Assembly (NCBI GenBank): GCA_963724765.1
Contig: CAVRVY010000003.1
Span: forward strand, 256,001 to 320,000
Direction of reading: 5' to 3'
DNA length: 64,000 nt
Origin: an uncultured delta proteobacterium
GTDB taxonomy: Bacteria > Desulfobacterota > Binatia > Binatales > Binataceae
Under the pieces are notes generated by a model. That model was not told the DNA's origin. It saw only the letters and a program-made list of their open reading frames with translations, and searched no databases. Below, piece by piece: positions 25,010 to 34,997 of the stretch. The position numbers were made by a program, and so were the translations under genes. Position 1 is the stretch's first letter. Each line of letters starts with the position of its first letter.

Positions 25010-26710
25010 ATGCTGGTCGAACTGCGCATCCGCAACTTCGCCATCATCGAGGGCGCGGCGCTTTACTTCGGCCCCGGCTTCAACGTGCTCTCGGGCGAAA
25101 CCGGCGCCGGCAAGACCATTATCATGACCGCACTCGGTCTGCTGCTCGGCGGCCGCGCCTCGCCCGACATGATCCGCGCGGGGCAAAATGAAGCCGTGCT
25201 CGAGGGATTGTTCGAGCTCGAGGGCGAAGCGCCGCTGCCCGAGGGAACCCACGAGTTCGCCGAATCCGGGCAGCGCGAGCTGCTGATCCGCCGCACGCTC
25301 GCCGCCGATGGCGGCCGCTCGCGCGCCTACGTCAACGGCGAGATGGCCACCGTGCAGACCCTGGCGCGGATGGGCCAGAGCCTGATGCAAGTCTACGGTC
25401 AGCACGAGCATCAGACGCTGCTCCGCTCTGAGAGCCATCTCCAGCTCCTGGACCGGCACGCCGCGCTCGATGCGACGCTCGAGCATTACGCCACCGCCTA
25501 CCGCGCAACGGTCCATGCCCGCACCCGCGCCGACGAGCTGCGCGAGCGCGAGCGCACCCGCGCCGAGCAACTGGAGCTCGCGCGCTTCCGTATCGCCGAG
25601 CTCGAACGCGCCGCGCTCTCGCCGGGGGAGGACGAACAACTGGCGGCTGAACGCACGGTGCTGGCCAACGCCGCGCGCCTCGGTGCCGCCGCCGCCGAGG
25701 CCGAGCAGATGCTGTCGGGGGAGAGCGCCGCGGCGCTCGACGTGGTCGCCCGCGCCGAGACGCGCGTCGGCGAAGCGGCGGCGATAGATCCCAAGCTCAA
25801 GGATGCGCTCGAACTGATCGGCTCGGCGCGCCTGGGGCTGGAGGAGGCGGCACATACGCTGCGCGACTATGCCGCGCGGCTCGAGGCCGACCCGGCGCGG
25901 CTCGAAGAGATCGAAACGCGAATGGCCGAGCTGACCCGGCTCAAACGAAAGTACGGCGGCACGCTACAGAGCGTGCTCGAAACGCTGGAGCGCTCGCGCG
26001 GTGAAATCGCCGAGCTTGAGCGCGTCTCCGACTCGCGCGCCGAGGCCGAAGCGGCACTCCGCGACGCGCTCGATGATCTCGCGCGGACGGGCGCCGAGCT
26101 CAGCGGGCGGCGCCAGAGCGCGGCAGCCGAACTCAAGCGCCGGATGGAGACCGAGCTCAAGACGCTGGGGATGCGCGCGCCGGTGTTCGAGGCGCGCTTC
26201 ACGCCGCTGGATAAGTCGGAAGGCGCGTTCGAACACAACAGGATGACGCTCGGGCCGGGCGGCGCCGATGCGATCGAATTCATGCTCTCGCCCAACCTGG
26301 GGCAACCGCCGATGGCCCTTGCGCGGATCGCGTCGGGCGGCGAGCTCTCGCGCGTGATGCTCGCGCTCAAGCGCCTGGAGGCGCAGCGCCGCGGCGTCGC
26401 GACGATGATTTTCGACGAGGTCGACGCGGGAGTGGGAGGCGCCGTCGCCCAGGTCGTCGGCCGCAAGCTCAAGGAGCTAGCACGTTTTCATCAGGTGCTA
26501 TGCGTGACCCATCTGCCGCAGGTCGCCGCCTTCGCCGACACTCATTTCCTGGTCGAAAAAGAGGAACGCCGCGGTGCGACCCGCAGCCGCGTGAGCGCGC
26601 TGACGCAGGCGGAGCGGATCGAAGAGGTCGCCCGGATGCTCGGCGGCGCCGAAGTCACCGACAAGTTCCGCCGCGCCGCGCGCGAGCTGATTGAACGCGC
26701 CCGCGCCTGA
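25010..26710 (+). CDS. recN: DNA repair protein RecN
   Basis: Walker A GETGAGKT, signature SGGELSR, FDEVD, VTHLPQVA; nadK-recN synteny. Confidence 0.97.
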   Translation: MLVELRIRNFAIIEGAALYFGPGFNVLSGETGAGKTIIMTALGLLLGGRASPDMIRAGQNEAVLEGLFELEGEAPLPEGTHEFAESGQRELLIRRTLAADGGRSRAYVNGEMATVQTLARMGQSLMQVYGQHEHQTLLRSESHLQLLDRHAALDATLEHYATAYRATVHARTRADELRERERTRAEQLELARFRIAELERAALSPGEDEQLAAERTVLANAARLGAAAAEAEQMLSGESAAALDVVARAETRVGEAAAIDPKLKDALELIGSARLGLEEAAHTLRDYAARLEADPARLEEIETRMAELTRLKRKYGGTLQSVLETLERSRGEIAELERVSDSRAEAEAALRDALDDLARTGAELSGRRQSAAAELKRRMETELKTLGMRAPVFEARFTPLDKSEGAFEHNRMTLGPGGADAIEFMLSPNLGQPPMALARIASGGELSRVMLALKRLEAQRRGVATMIFDEVDAGVGGAVAQVVGRKLKELARFHQVLCVTHLPQVAAFADTHFLVEKEERRGATRSRVSALTQAERIEEVARMLGGAEVTDKFRRAARELIERARA

Positions 26711-26843
26711 CGCGTCGCCCGCGCTTGATTGCATCACGGGCTCCGGCGATCTCAGCGAGGCTCAACGAAAGTCAGCTCGACCACCTTCAGGTTGACCCAA
26801 CCGAGAGCTTCCGATTAACTGATGAGTCGTCTCTACGCGCGGT

Positions 26844-26920
26844 GGGGCTGTAGCTCAGTTTGGGAGAGCGCCTGAATGGCATTCAGGAGGTCGCGCGTTC
26901 GATCCGCGTCAGCTCCACCA
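26844..26920 (+). tRNA. tRNA-Ala (GGC)
   Basis: GGGGCTGTAGCTCAG...CCTGA-ATGGCAT-TCAGG anticodon arm, GTTCGATC T-loop, encoded CCA end. Confidence 0.96.
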
Positions 26921-26931
26921 ATAAAATCAAG
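26873..26931 (+). repeat. attL core: 59-bp direct repeat (tRNA-Ala 3' half + ATAAAATCAAG)
   Basis: Identical to 46666-46724. Confidence 0.95.
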
Positions 26932-26968
26932 CACTTAGATGCTTCGGGATTGTCGCGCGAACCGTGCG

Positions 26969-26987
26969 TGTAGGCGACATGTAGGCG
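26969..26987 (+). promoter_or_regulatory. putative integrase arm-type sites (TGTAGGCG x2, 11-bp period)
   Basis: Matching pair TGTAGGC(A/G) at 46530-46548 near the other end. Confidence 0.6.
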
Positions 26988-27115
26988 CACGCGCGATTTT
27001 GAGGCCCATTTCCGCGGCTATGCGCATAGGATTCTAGGGTGGACCTCCCCGGCTAGCTTGGCCGGCGCGTCCTGAGCCACCGCTGGATGCCCGCGCTCGG
27101 AGAAGCCACCGTTTT

Positions 27116-27523
27116 TTAATCGCGGCCGTATCTCCGGTTGCGCCAAATTGGCGCCGCACTATCCCGTGAGGCCGCTGAGCTCTTAGCATGCAGATACTCG
27201 TCGATGCCGCGCTCGGAAAACCGCAGGCAGCGCGATTTCAGCCGGTGCGTGAACGGATAGAAGTCCGCGTTGCGATAGAGTGTGTCGCGTGCGATCCCGA
27301 GCAGCACTGCCGCTTCGTCCGCGTGCAGCATCCGATCCGGTCCGCTTGGCATGCTGGCCAGCGCTCCCGGCTCCCCGGACAGCATGATGCGTCGCGCCTT
27401 CAGCGCGCCTCGAGCCATCTCCAACATAGCGATCAGGCGCCGCGTCGCATCGAGCGAAAGAGCGTTCACGCGCAGCGGATCCCGCGCGATGTCATCCAGG
27501 GTGATATTCTCGTTCTGGTCCAT
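27116..27523 (-). CDS. HTH_17/excisionase-like DNA-binding protein
   Basis: MLHADEAAVLLGIARDTLYR...LRFS winged-HTH pattern; GGAGGT RBS. Confidence 0.75.
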   Translation of the reverse strand: MDQNENITLDDIARDPLRVNALSLDATRRLIAMLEMARGALKARRIMLSGEPGALASMPSGPDRMLHADEAAVLLGIARDTLYRNADFYPFTHRLKSRCLRFSERGIDEYLHAKSSAASRDSAAPIWRNRRYGRD

Positions 27524-27578
27524 TCTCGCTTCACCTCCCTATTCGAGTCTCCTGCCGCGTTGCCTGCCGCGCAGCGCT

Positions 27579-28792
27579 CTACAGGCGCATCGGCATGATG
27601 ACCGCTTGGGGCGAGTCCGCCGCTCCCGCCGTGGTGATCACGCACGGGCTCGTCGGGTCCGCCAGCCGAAACACAAGCTCGTCGCCCAGCGTCGCGATCG
27701 CGCCCAGCAGGTAACTGGCGTTGAAGCCTGCCGCCATCTCGGCATTGCGCACGTCGCCTTTGGCCGCGATGCCTTCGCTCGCCTCGCCGCGCTCCGGGTC
27801 GGACGCGGAAACGGTCAGCCGACCGGATGCGAAGGCCAGCCGGACGCCGTGATAGCGAGCGCTGCTGAACGGCATGACCGCACCTATCGCAAGCCGCAGA
27901 GTATCGCGCCAGACGGTCAGCGCCGCGTCTTGCGCGGACGCCTTGGGAATCACGCCTCGATAGTCGGGAAACTCGCCTTCGACCGTGCGTCCCTTGTAGA
28001 GCGCGCCCGCCACATTGAACGAGATGACCGGACGCTCCGCAAGTCCGTCGCCGCTCCGCTCCGCGCCCGTGTCGAGTATCCGCAGCGCCATGCGAACGTC
28101 TCCAGCCGGGCGCGCGCGCAAGGCCGTGCGTAGCGCGACCAGTAGCTTGCGCGGAATGATGAACGGCGCAAACCGCTCCGTCGCCAATGGGGCTCAGTCA
28201 GTGCGAGCCTATGCCCATCGGTTGCGACCATACGGACGCGCTGATTGCCCGCGCGCTCGAACAACACGCCGCTCAGGTTGTAGCGCGCCTCATCGGGCGA
28301 GACGGCATAGAGCGTGGCGTCGATCATCTCCGCGAGCATCGCAGCCGGAAGTATCACGCGCAGCCGTGGGGCGCCCGTGGGAAAGTCGGCCGGGAAGCTT
28401 GCCGGGTCGAGTCCGACCAGCCGCGCGCTCGTACCGTTGACCGCAACGCGCACGTCCGTCGAAGCGCTCGCGCCGTCCGCGCCGTCTTTCGGCGGGTCGG
28501 ACGATTCGAGCGTGACGGTTTGCGCCGCGCCGCGCCCGCTCCCGGATGGCTGACTCCGCTTGAGCACCTCGAGCAAGGTCCGCGCATCGACCGTGGCGAC
28601 GCCAGCCGCGTGCGTCTGACATGGGATGCGGGTTGCGTAGGCCATCTCAAGGTCCGTCGCGCGGAGCATCAGGCAGCCGTTAGCTTCGAGCGCAACGTGG
28701 CCCAGGATCGGCACGGTCGCGCGCCGCTCGATTATGCGGCTTGCGCCCGCAAGCGCGCGCATCAAGGGTTTCGTCTCAACAGTGATTTTCAT
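27579..28792 (-). pseudogene. DNA polymerase III beta-clamp (DnaN) homolog split by a 1-nt frameshift near 28190
   Basis: N-half TVPILGHV, LRATDLE, YAVSPDEARYNLSGV, VATDGHRLA; C-half EGEFPDYRGVIP, GFNASYL, VIMPMRL in another frame. Confidence 0.85.
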
Positions 28793-29244
28793 GGACTCAC
28801 CCGCCGGGCCGCTGCTCGCTCGAGACGGATCACGTTACCTTCAACCTGAATCGCAACCGATCTTTCCTCGGCTGCTTGGCGCCAGGCCCTTTGCGCGAGT
28901 ATTCGCTGCGCGCGTTTCGGCAACCCTTCCGGATGCGCCTCGATCTTCGCCAGCAATGGCCATTCGATCTTGAGCGCCCGCTTATGCGTCATACCGAGCT
29001 CCAGTGCGATATGTTCCAGATCGAAATCGGTGGTGCGGGCCGTCAGGATGCGCCGTTGGCGCTCAGTCAGCTTCCAGCCACTATGCAGGACGGCCAGAGC
29101 TAACTGAGCGGCTTCACGGCACCCACTGCGCCAGGAATCTTCGCAGCTACAACAGATCGGCTCGCCATCGCCGTCTTCATACATCGGGCTGTCGCAGTCC
29201 GCCCCGGAGCACTGAGGACACGGGCAAAGATTGTGCTTTGGCAT
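28789..29244 (-). CDS. Cys-rich zinc-finger + sigma70 region-4-like HTH protein
   Basis: CxCxxC/CxxC clusters, LTERQRRILTAR...LEHIALELGM; GGAGGT RBS. Confidence 0.6.
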   Translation of the reverse strand: MPKHNLCPCPQCSGADCDSPMYEDGDGEPICCSCEDSWRSGCREAAQLALAVLHSGWKLTERQRRILTARTTDFDLEHIALELGMTHKRALKIEWPLLAKIEAHPEGLPKRAQRILAQRAWRQAAEERSVAIQVEGNVIRLERAAARRVSP

Positions 29245-29262
29245 CGACGTTACCTCCATCGG

Positions 29263-29670
29263 TTAGTTTGCGCTGGCTTGCAGCACGCGGGTTTCCAAAG
29301 ACGCCACTACGCCAGTCGCTATCCGACAGCGCCGCGCCGTCCGTCTCGCCGTGGTGCGCATCCGCAGAGTCAGAATCTCACGCTCCCGCCTCGACAGATC
29401 GATCGCGGTGGACCGCAGCGCTGCCCGCAGGCGCTCCACGATCTCGCAATGTTCGTCGCGGATTTCGTTACACTCGTCGCACCAATCCCCATAGCCCAGG
29501 AGCGCCACGTTCCCGCAGACCTCGCACTGCCCGCGTATCGCTTCCCAAATGTTCTCGCGGACGCGCCCGCCGTCTTGAGTCCGGCACTTCTGACACCGGC
29601 CTCGCTCAAGCGTCGCGTATACTTCACCGCAACTTGCGCAGACCCCGAAACTGGTAGGTGGTTTCCACAT
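29263..29670 (-). CDS. Cys-rich zinc-finger + sigma70 region-4-like protein (paralog)
   Basis: Four CxxC motifs, LSRREREILTLR; GGAGGC RBS; start at ATG 29670. Confidence 0.6.
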   Translation of the reverse strand: MWKPPTSFGVCASCGEVYATLERGRCQKCRTQDGGRVRENIWEAIRGQCEVCGNVALLGYGDWCDECNEIRDEHCEIVERLRAALRSTAIDLSRREREILTLRMRTTARRTARRCRIATGVVASLETRVLQASAN

Positions 29671-29697
29671 TGACGTTGCCTCCATGCAAAGTAATTT

Positions 29698-29741
29698 ACA
29701 CGCAACCAGCTTGTGTGTCAATACACAGGTAGCTTGTGTGT
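29698..29741. promoter_or_regulatory. tandem operator-like repeats in a divergent promoter
   Basis: AGCTTGTGTGT at 29708 and 29731, each forming an imperfect palindrome with an upstream ACAC half; AT-rich context between divergent genes. Confidence 0.55.
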
Positions 29742-29769
29742 TGAGACTGCTTGGAGTATCTGTGTACGC

Positions 29770-30024
29770 ATGGGGCGAAATGACAAAGCAGGCAAACCCG
29801 AAGTGCCCGAGGCCGTGCGCGATTACTTCAGCCGCATGGGACGTAAAGCGTGGGAAGGCAAGAGCGCGAAGGCAAAGAAGGCTCGCACCTCGCACGCGGC
29901 TAGCTCGCGCTGGGCGAGCATGACCGCAGAGGAGCGCTCGGCCGAGATGAAGCGCCGCGCCGCAGTGCGCAAGCGCAACAAGGCCAGGGTACGCAAGACG
30001 GACGCGCCGTCATCCGAATCATGA
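29770..30024 (+). CDS. small basic protein (G-K/R..RW..TAEER motif)
   Basis: 84 aa Lys/Arg-rich; stop is followed almost immediately by a palindrome copy. Confidence 0.6.
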   Translation: MGRNDKAGKPEVPEAVRDYFSRMGRKAWEGKSAKAKKARTSHAASSRWASMTAEERSAEMKRRAAVRKRNKARVRKTDAPSSES

Positions 30025-31049
30025 TCCTATGCGCATAGGATTCATCGCCGCGGCCTGTATATCATGGCCCTGACCCAGGGCCGCGCCGGCGCATCTTCCG
30101 AGCACCCCTTGCATACTGCCGCGCCCGGCGCTGTAGCGGCTTGGGGACAGCCATACGGCGAAGCTTGTAATTCAAACTCGTTTAGGGCGGGAATGGGATT
30201 TCGGGATGGGGCTGATGATTCAAACTCGTTGAGGGCTAAATAGCCGTTCTGCTGCCTCTGGCTATTCGAATGGGCATTGGAGGTGGGTTCGGGCGTCAGC
30301 GAGGTTCTGGGCGGGAGTTTTGCTCAGTGGCGGGCATTTCTGCGATGGTCGATAGGAGCGGGAAGCTAGCGGCCTGCGATTGTGGCACGTAGGACGTAGC
30401 CTCAACGGGTTTGTTCCGCGCCTGTGTGCGTCGGCGCGGGAGTATAGGCGTTCCCGTGCCAAATCCGGAGACCCCTGTCACTGTCCATTACGAATGCCGA
30501 TTCCCACGGCTAATCCTTCGCGTGGCTAGTGATAGAGCCTCCGGAGAGGGTTACTACCGCGCCGGCGCTTCCGGCGCCTCATATCCACTCGCCGCCGTTG
30601 CGCTGGAACCACGCTGAGCCGGCAGGACTCCTGAGACGGCAACTGAGTATTTTCCCTATGCGCATAGGAACACAAACCTGACGTACGAATGGGTCCTGCG
30701 GAACAGATGGCGTGTGTTTAAAAAGACCCGGCCGCCTTCGACCGGGTCTTCGAGGCTCTGTCTCCCCTCCACAAATCGCGTTCCGGGCAGCGATTGCTCA
30801 CGACACTTGTTGGACAGTGGCAGGGGGGTGCCCTTGTCCACCTTAGCGCCGGCTGTTCGCTGCTAGCCTCCTTGCGGAACGCGACCAGATACTAGACTTG
30901 GCCTTGGCGTCGTTCAAGGAATTTATTGCGACGCTGATCACGGTTTGTCCACAGGAACGACAGCGCGACACTTTGCGGCCTGCGCTCCGGGTCTCGCGCC
31001 GCCCTCAGCGACCATCGCTCGCTGATCGTCGCTCGCGTTATCTGAGGGA

Positions 31050-31337
31050 CTATTCTGTTTCGGCCTTCCGACTCCGCCGCCGATCGTGTTCACAGACGAT
31101 CGTTATACCGTTGGTGACCCCCTGTTCGTCCGTCACGCGGCCCTCTTTAGCTTCGTTTTCGGAGACCGATGTCATCATCTGCCACATGATCTGCTTGACG
31201 ACGAAGTACTGGCGCTCCCTTCTGGGGCGATCGAAACAAATCTTATCGCCGGGTCGGGGTAGGGTCGGAATCTCAAAATCCCGATCTTCGGTGGCTTCAC
31301 TTTCGCCTGCCGGTATAAGCGCCAACGTCACTTTCAT
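31050..31337 (-). CDS. hypothetical protein (95 aa)
   Basis: Strong GGGAGGGG RBS; LPRPGDKI beta-rich motif. Confidence 0.6.
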   Translation of the reverse strand: MKVTLALIPAGESEATEDRDFEIPTLPRPGDKICFDRPRRERQYFVVKQIMWQMMTSVSENEAKEGRVTDEQGVTNGITIVCEHDRRRSRKAETE

Positions 31338-31450
31338 CTTCGCTTTCCCTCCCCTCCCGTTTCTTCGCCCAGCGCGCCAGCGAAGCCTTTGCGGGCGGCC
31401 TCAGATCGCTGCTGGGGTGTCATACCCTCGGCGCGCGTGTCGCGCTTGGG

Positions 31451-31822
31451 CTAAGTGTTCAGGATCCGGTCCAACCGCCGGCTCAGCGCCAGAGCAAGTT
31501 CGTTCAGATGTTTGAGAGAAGCGAGCGCGCGATCGAAGAGGGCGTCGGCCGATGCTCGACCTTTGGCGATTGCTACGAGAGCGGCCCTGAGCTGCCGGTT
31601 GGTGTCGTCCGTGATTAACCCGAGATCTCGCGTGTGCGCGGCTATTTCCCAAACGAAAGGCGGCGTCGTCCTGATGACTTCCTGACAGCGCGCCACGAGT
31701 ACGGGGCAGGTTTCACCGAAGTAGCGCTGCATCTCCTCGACCAGAAGCTCTCGCTTACCCTCATTCCCCTTGTCCACGGCTCCCCCCGACCGACGGACGA
31801 TACTACACAGGGGGCCTGTCAT
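31451..31822 (-). CDS. hypothetical helical protein
   Basis: ORF with plausible composition; start uncertain. Confidence 0.45.
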   Translation of the reverse strand: MTGPLCSIVRRSGGAVDKGNEGKRELLVEEMQRYFGETCPVLVARCQEVIRTTPPFVWEIAAHTRDLGLITDDTNRQLRAALVAIAKGRASADALFDRALASLKHLNELALALSRRLDRILNT

Positions 31823-32263
31823 CCAGCGCCGCGCCGAATAAGGACTCTCCGCCCTCGACGGCGCTTCCGCTGAGCTTCAGCGGCCCTCTCGAACGGCACG
31901 GCCGGCGCCGAAGTGTGAGCTGCGTATCAGCCTATGCGCATAGGACGCCGCACAGTTGTGCTCGTGGTTTAAAAGACGCTTGGCCTTTGTAGGCCGAGAT
32001 CGTCTCGGCATGAGGCCTCGCCACGCTCGCCCTGGTCGGCTGGTATCTGCCGGAACACGTGCATGCGGGTTCGTGCTGGGTCTCGCGCTGAGCGAGCGCT
32101 CGCCATGAATGCAGCCGTCGTCATCGCCCTCGCGTTGGTCATCGCCGGCGCGATCTACATTCGACAGCGTTGGCGCCGGGCGCCGCAGGTCTATCGGGGC
32201 GATAATCGCGCTGAAAGCCAGCGAGTTACATTTGTCGACTGGGTTGCTAGGGTTCGCGACCGG

Positions 32264-32908
32264 CTAAGCTCTCTTTGTTCCCCACAGCAACCTAGAAAGC
32301 GCGCTCATCGCGACAGACCAACACGATTTGAAACTGCCGAGAAAAGCGGGCGGCAAGTGGGGGGAGCGCATGTGCTCACATATGCAGTTGCTGGAATCGG
32401 AATCGGTCGAGCGGCAGCCATTGGCGCGCACCGCAGCATAGGCGTCCTTCATCTTCGACCGGGTAAAGTTCTTCGGAAATCTATCTCGATTAGCAAGGGC
32501 GTTTGCAATCCGTCCTCTCTCAGGAATGGCCAAAGATATGTTCCAATGATTTTGCCTTGCCCAGTGGCAGGCAAAGCTATCTGCCGTCTGAACCTTCGCT
32601 ATGCCCTCTAGTTCGTCCAGAGTGAACGCGAGCAAACATAGACCCTCCACGCGGGTTCCACCCGTCCTGCACCAATTGAGCGCCGTGACAGCGCGAAGAA
32701 CGTCTACCGAACCCGTCACATATAAGAGACTCAAAACTCCTCCATCCTCTGAGAGTACATTTTTTTCGATCAGAGCCGCTCGACGCTCGGGAAGGTCTTC
32801 TCTAGCGCCGCAGCTAGTTGGTCGATCTACCTTCCGCACGTAGCAGGGAGGATCGATTCCTAGTTTTGTGCGGATGTCGAAATCGTCTTCTACGCTCACC
32901 GAAGACAA
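32264..32908 (-). CDS. putative ADP-ribosyltransferase-fold toxin (CmdT-like pattern)
   Basis: YVRK...VLSL.Y...AVTAL...T...HWNI...IA...FT..KMK spacing recalled from CmdT-like toxins; last gene of a lower-GC three-gene operon. Confidence 0.45.
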   Translation of the reverse strand: MSSVSVEDDFDIRTKLGIDPPCYVRKVDRPTSCGAREDLPERRAALIEKNVLSEDGGVLSLLYVTGSVDVLRAVTALNWCRTGGTRVEGLCLLAFTLDELEGIAKVQTADSFACHWARQNHWNISLAIPERGRIANALANRDRFPKNFTRSKMKDAYAAVRANGCRSTDSDSSNCICEHMRSPHLPPAFLGSFKSCWSVAMSALSRLLWGTKRA

Positions 32909-32917
32909 CTAGCGGGC

Positions 32918-33862
32918 TCAGGTTAGATCCGATGCCAACTCTTCGGCGAGCTCGCGAATGAGTTGCGATCGCTGCGGATCGTTCGCGACCCGCCTGAGGT
33001 CTTCCAGCGCGGCAGAATCGCCAACATCTCCCAGCGCCTGGACCGCAGCTTCTTCGAGAGCAATGAATCTCGATTCAAGAAAATACCTTGGAATTTCGTG
33101 ATCACCCGTTCGCCCAGCGGCCCTGATGAGCGCGTACCAATAGTCATCGTTGTTCCCATCCGGCGTGAACGTGGATAGGCGAGCTCGCGCGACGGCATGC
33201 ACCACATCACGGCCAAGGAGTGCCAAGATATCGATGGTGTCATCGAGCCGTCCCGAGCGATGCACACTGAGAAGTGACCGAATCGCTCGGTCTACATCCT
33301 CTATAGACGCCCCAGCGCGAGTAATAGCGTGAGTCGCTTCAAATTGCGCGCGCACCTTGTCCTGCCCAACCGCTACCCTTACCCGGTCAAGTGCAGCCTC
33401 GATACGCGAAAAGCCATGGGCCGATGCGGCCGCGAGCGACACTGCGCGCCGTGTTTTAGCAACCTGGTTCGGGTGCGCCTTGCATTCGATGATATAGATT
33501 TGGCCTGAATTTACTTTGAGTAGACAGTCCACATCAGCGTTCAGTGACTTGCCGGTCAAGTATGTGCCTTGGTCCACCATCACGGTCGATATCCAATCTA
33601 GAACGGGATACCGATGTGTTGGAGTGGCGATAAGGTGTTTCCCAAGAGACGCAGTGGTCGCAGAATCGGAGACGTAGATCATCTTGATCTCTTCCGGTTC
33701 CGGTTTGGCCAAGCCGACACCGCTTTGGACGGCGTACGACGAATAGCGAAAAGGGGGCAGCGTGCTACCCGCCGATTCCTGTGCGTTGAAAAAGACAGCG
33801 GGAGTTGTGGACCTGCCCTTTCTGAGATCGACATCCTTCAGGTTTTCAACGATTTGCGCCAC
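32918..33862 (-). CDS. hypothetical protein with C-terminal HEAT-like repeats
   Basis: EEAAVQALGDVGDSAALEDL..IRELAEE HEAT pattern. Confidence 0.6.
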   Translation of the reverse strand: MAQIVENLKDVDLRKGRSTTPAVFFNAQESAGSTLPPFRYSSYAVQSGVGLAKPEPEEIKMIYVSDSATTASLGKHLIATPTHRYPVLDWISTVMVDQGTYLTGKSLNADVDCLLKVNSGQIYIIECKAHPNQVAKTRRAVSLAAASAHGFSRIEAALDRVRVAVGQDKVRAQFEATHAITRAGASIEDVDRAIRSLLSVHRSGRLDDTIDILALLGRDVVHAVARARLSTFTPDGNNDDYWYALIRAAGRTGDHEIPRYFLESRFIALEEAAVQALGDVGDSAALEDLRRVANDPQRSQLIRELAEELASDLT

Positions 33863-34623
33863 TAGTGCTGCCTTCCGTTTCCCTCAAAAGCTCGTATGAC
33901 CTTGGAGAGGACCTCCTGAGCATCTTGCAAATCCTTGTCAGTGCTGTCCCGAAAAAGGGGGGTCAGATCAAACTGCTGCACTCCGGGTCCCGAAGGAACT
34001 ATTGGGTGATGCGCATTAATTCCGACGAAAATCATATCGGTACCGCGCACTGACGGTTCCACCGAAACATTCAGATCCCGCCGCCGCTCTGAAAGCGTAT
34101 AGCCGATTTTAGCTGATCGTTCCCCATGGCCCCCCTTGAGGAAGTCGAGCGGTGTCGCGTCAACGATCTGCGCCAAACGAGCTCCAACATTTCCGACACC
34201 GGCTTTGCGATGGAAGTTGAAATTTAAGCCATAGGCGGAAACAGGCGTATGAGCTAGGGCCTCGAAGACGGAGCTTGCGACATCACGGATACGGGGAAGG
34301 AAACTTTGATCATACGTCGAAATCGTCCAACTCTGCTCGAGGCACGTGATCCTTAATTTCCCTGCCGTAAACTGAGCAAACGTAGGGGTACATATGGTCA
34401 TCGTGTCCGTGATCGGCCTCAACCCTTGCTCTCGTTCGGGAATAGGCATGTCGACGGGCGCTTGTGCTTGCCCGCCAGCCAATCCAAAGGAAGCGAGTTC
34501 CTCGTCGGACAAGGCCCCGATCACTTTGTACCATGCAGGATGGTGAATCGCGGGGTTCATATTCCCCGCGACAACGATAAAGTACGCCTCATTTGCGGAC
34601 GCGAATGGGTCGGCTTCAGGCAT
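33862..34623 (-). CDS. conserved hypothetical protein, first gene of the candidate toxin operon
   Basis: IVVAGNMNPAI..PAW and HTPVSAYGLNF motifs; translationally coupled to the next gene. Confidence 0.65.
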   Translation of the reverse strand: MPEADPFASANEAYFIVVAGNMNPAIHHPAWYKVIGALSDEELASFGLAGGQAQAPVDMPIPEREQGLRPITDTMTICTPTFAQFTAGKLRITCLEQSWTISTYDQSFLPRIRDVASSVFEALAHTPVSAYGLNFNFHRKAGVGNVGARLAQIVDATPLDFLKGGHGERSAKIGYTLSERRRDLNVSVEPSVRGTDMIFVGINAHHPIVPSGPGVQQFDLTPLFRDSTDKDLQDAQEVLSKVIRAFEGNGRQH

Positions 34624-34997
34624 TCCTCATCCTTCTGACATCGGCAGCGCCTTTCTGTAACCCAGCGCTGGCACGTAATAAAGCTAGCACAACGCGCCGC
34701 TGGTACGTAAAGGCGTCAGCCCGGCGGCTGGCCCCCCGGCTTAACCAGGCGCGGCCATAATTCTTCAACCGCCGCTTCAAGGCGGCGCGCGTCGAGCAGC
34801 GTCCAAGTCGAGTGGGTCCGCGCGACGACGCCCAGAGACGGCGGGCGGACCCCCTTCTACGAGCCAGAATGGCGGGGCGCTAAGTTTCCGCGTGCCTTTT
34901 CGACCATGGCAAACAGAACTTCTCCTGGTCTCCCCTTGTGTGCCGACCGCGGCGGTGTGAGGTTGGCCTAAGCGCATAGGCTGGGAGCAGGGATCCG

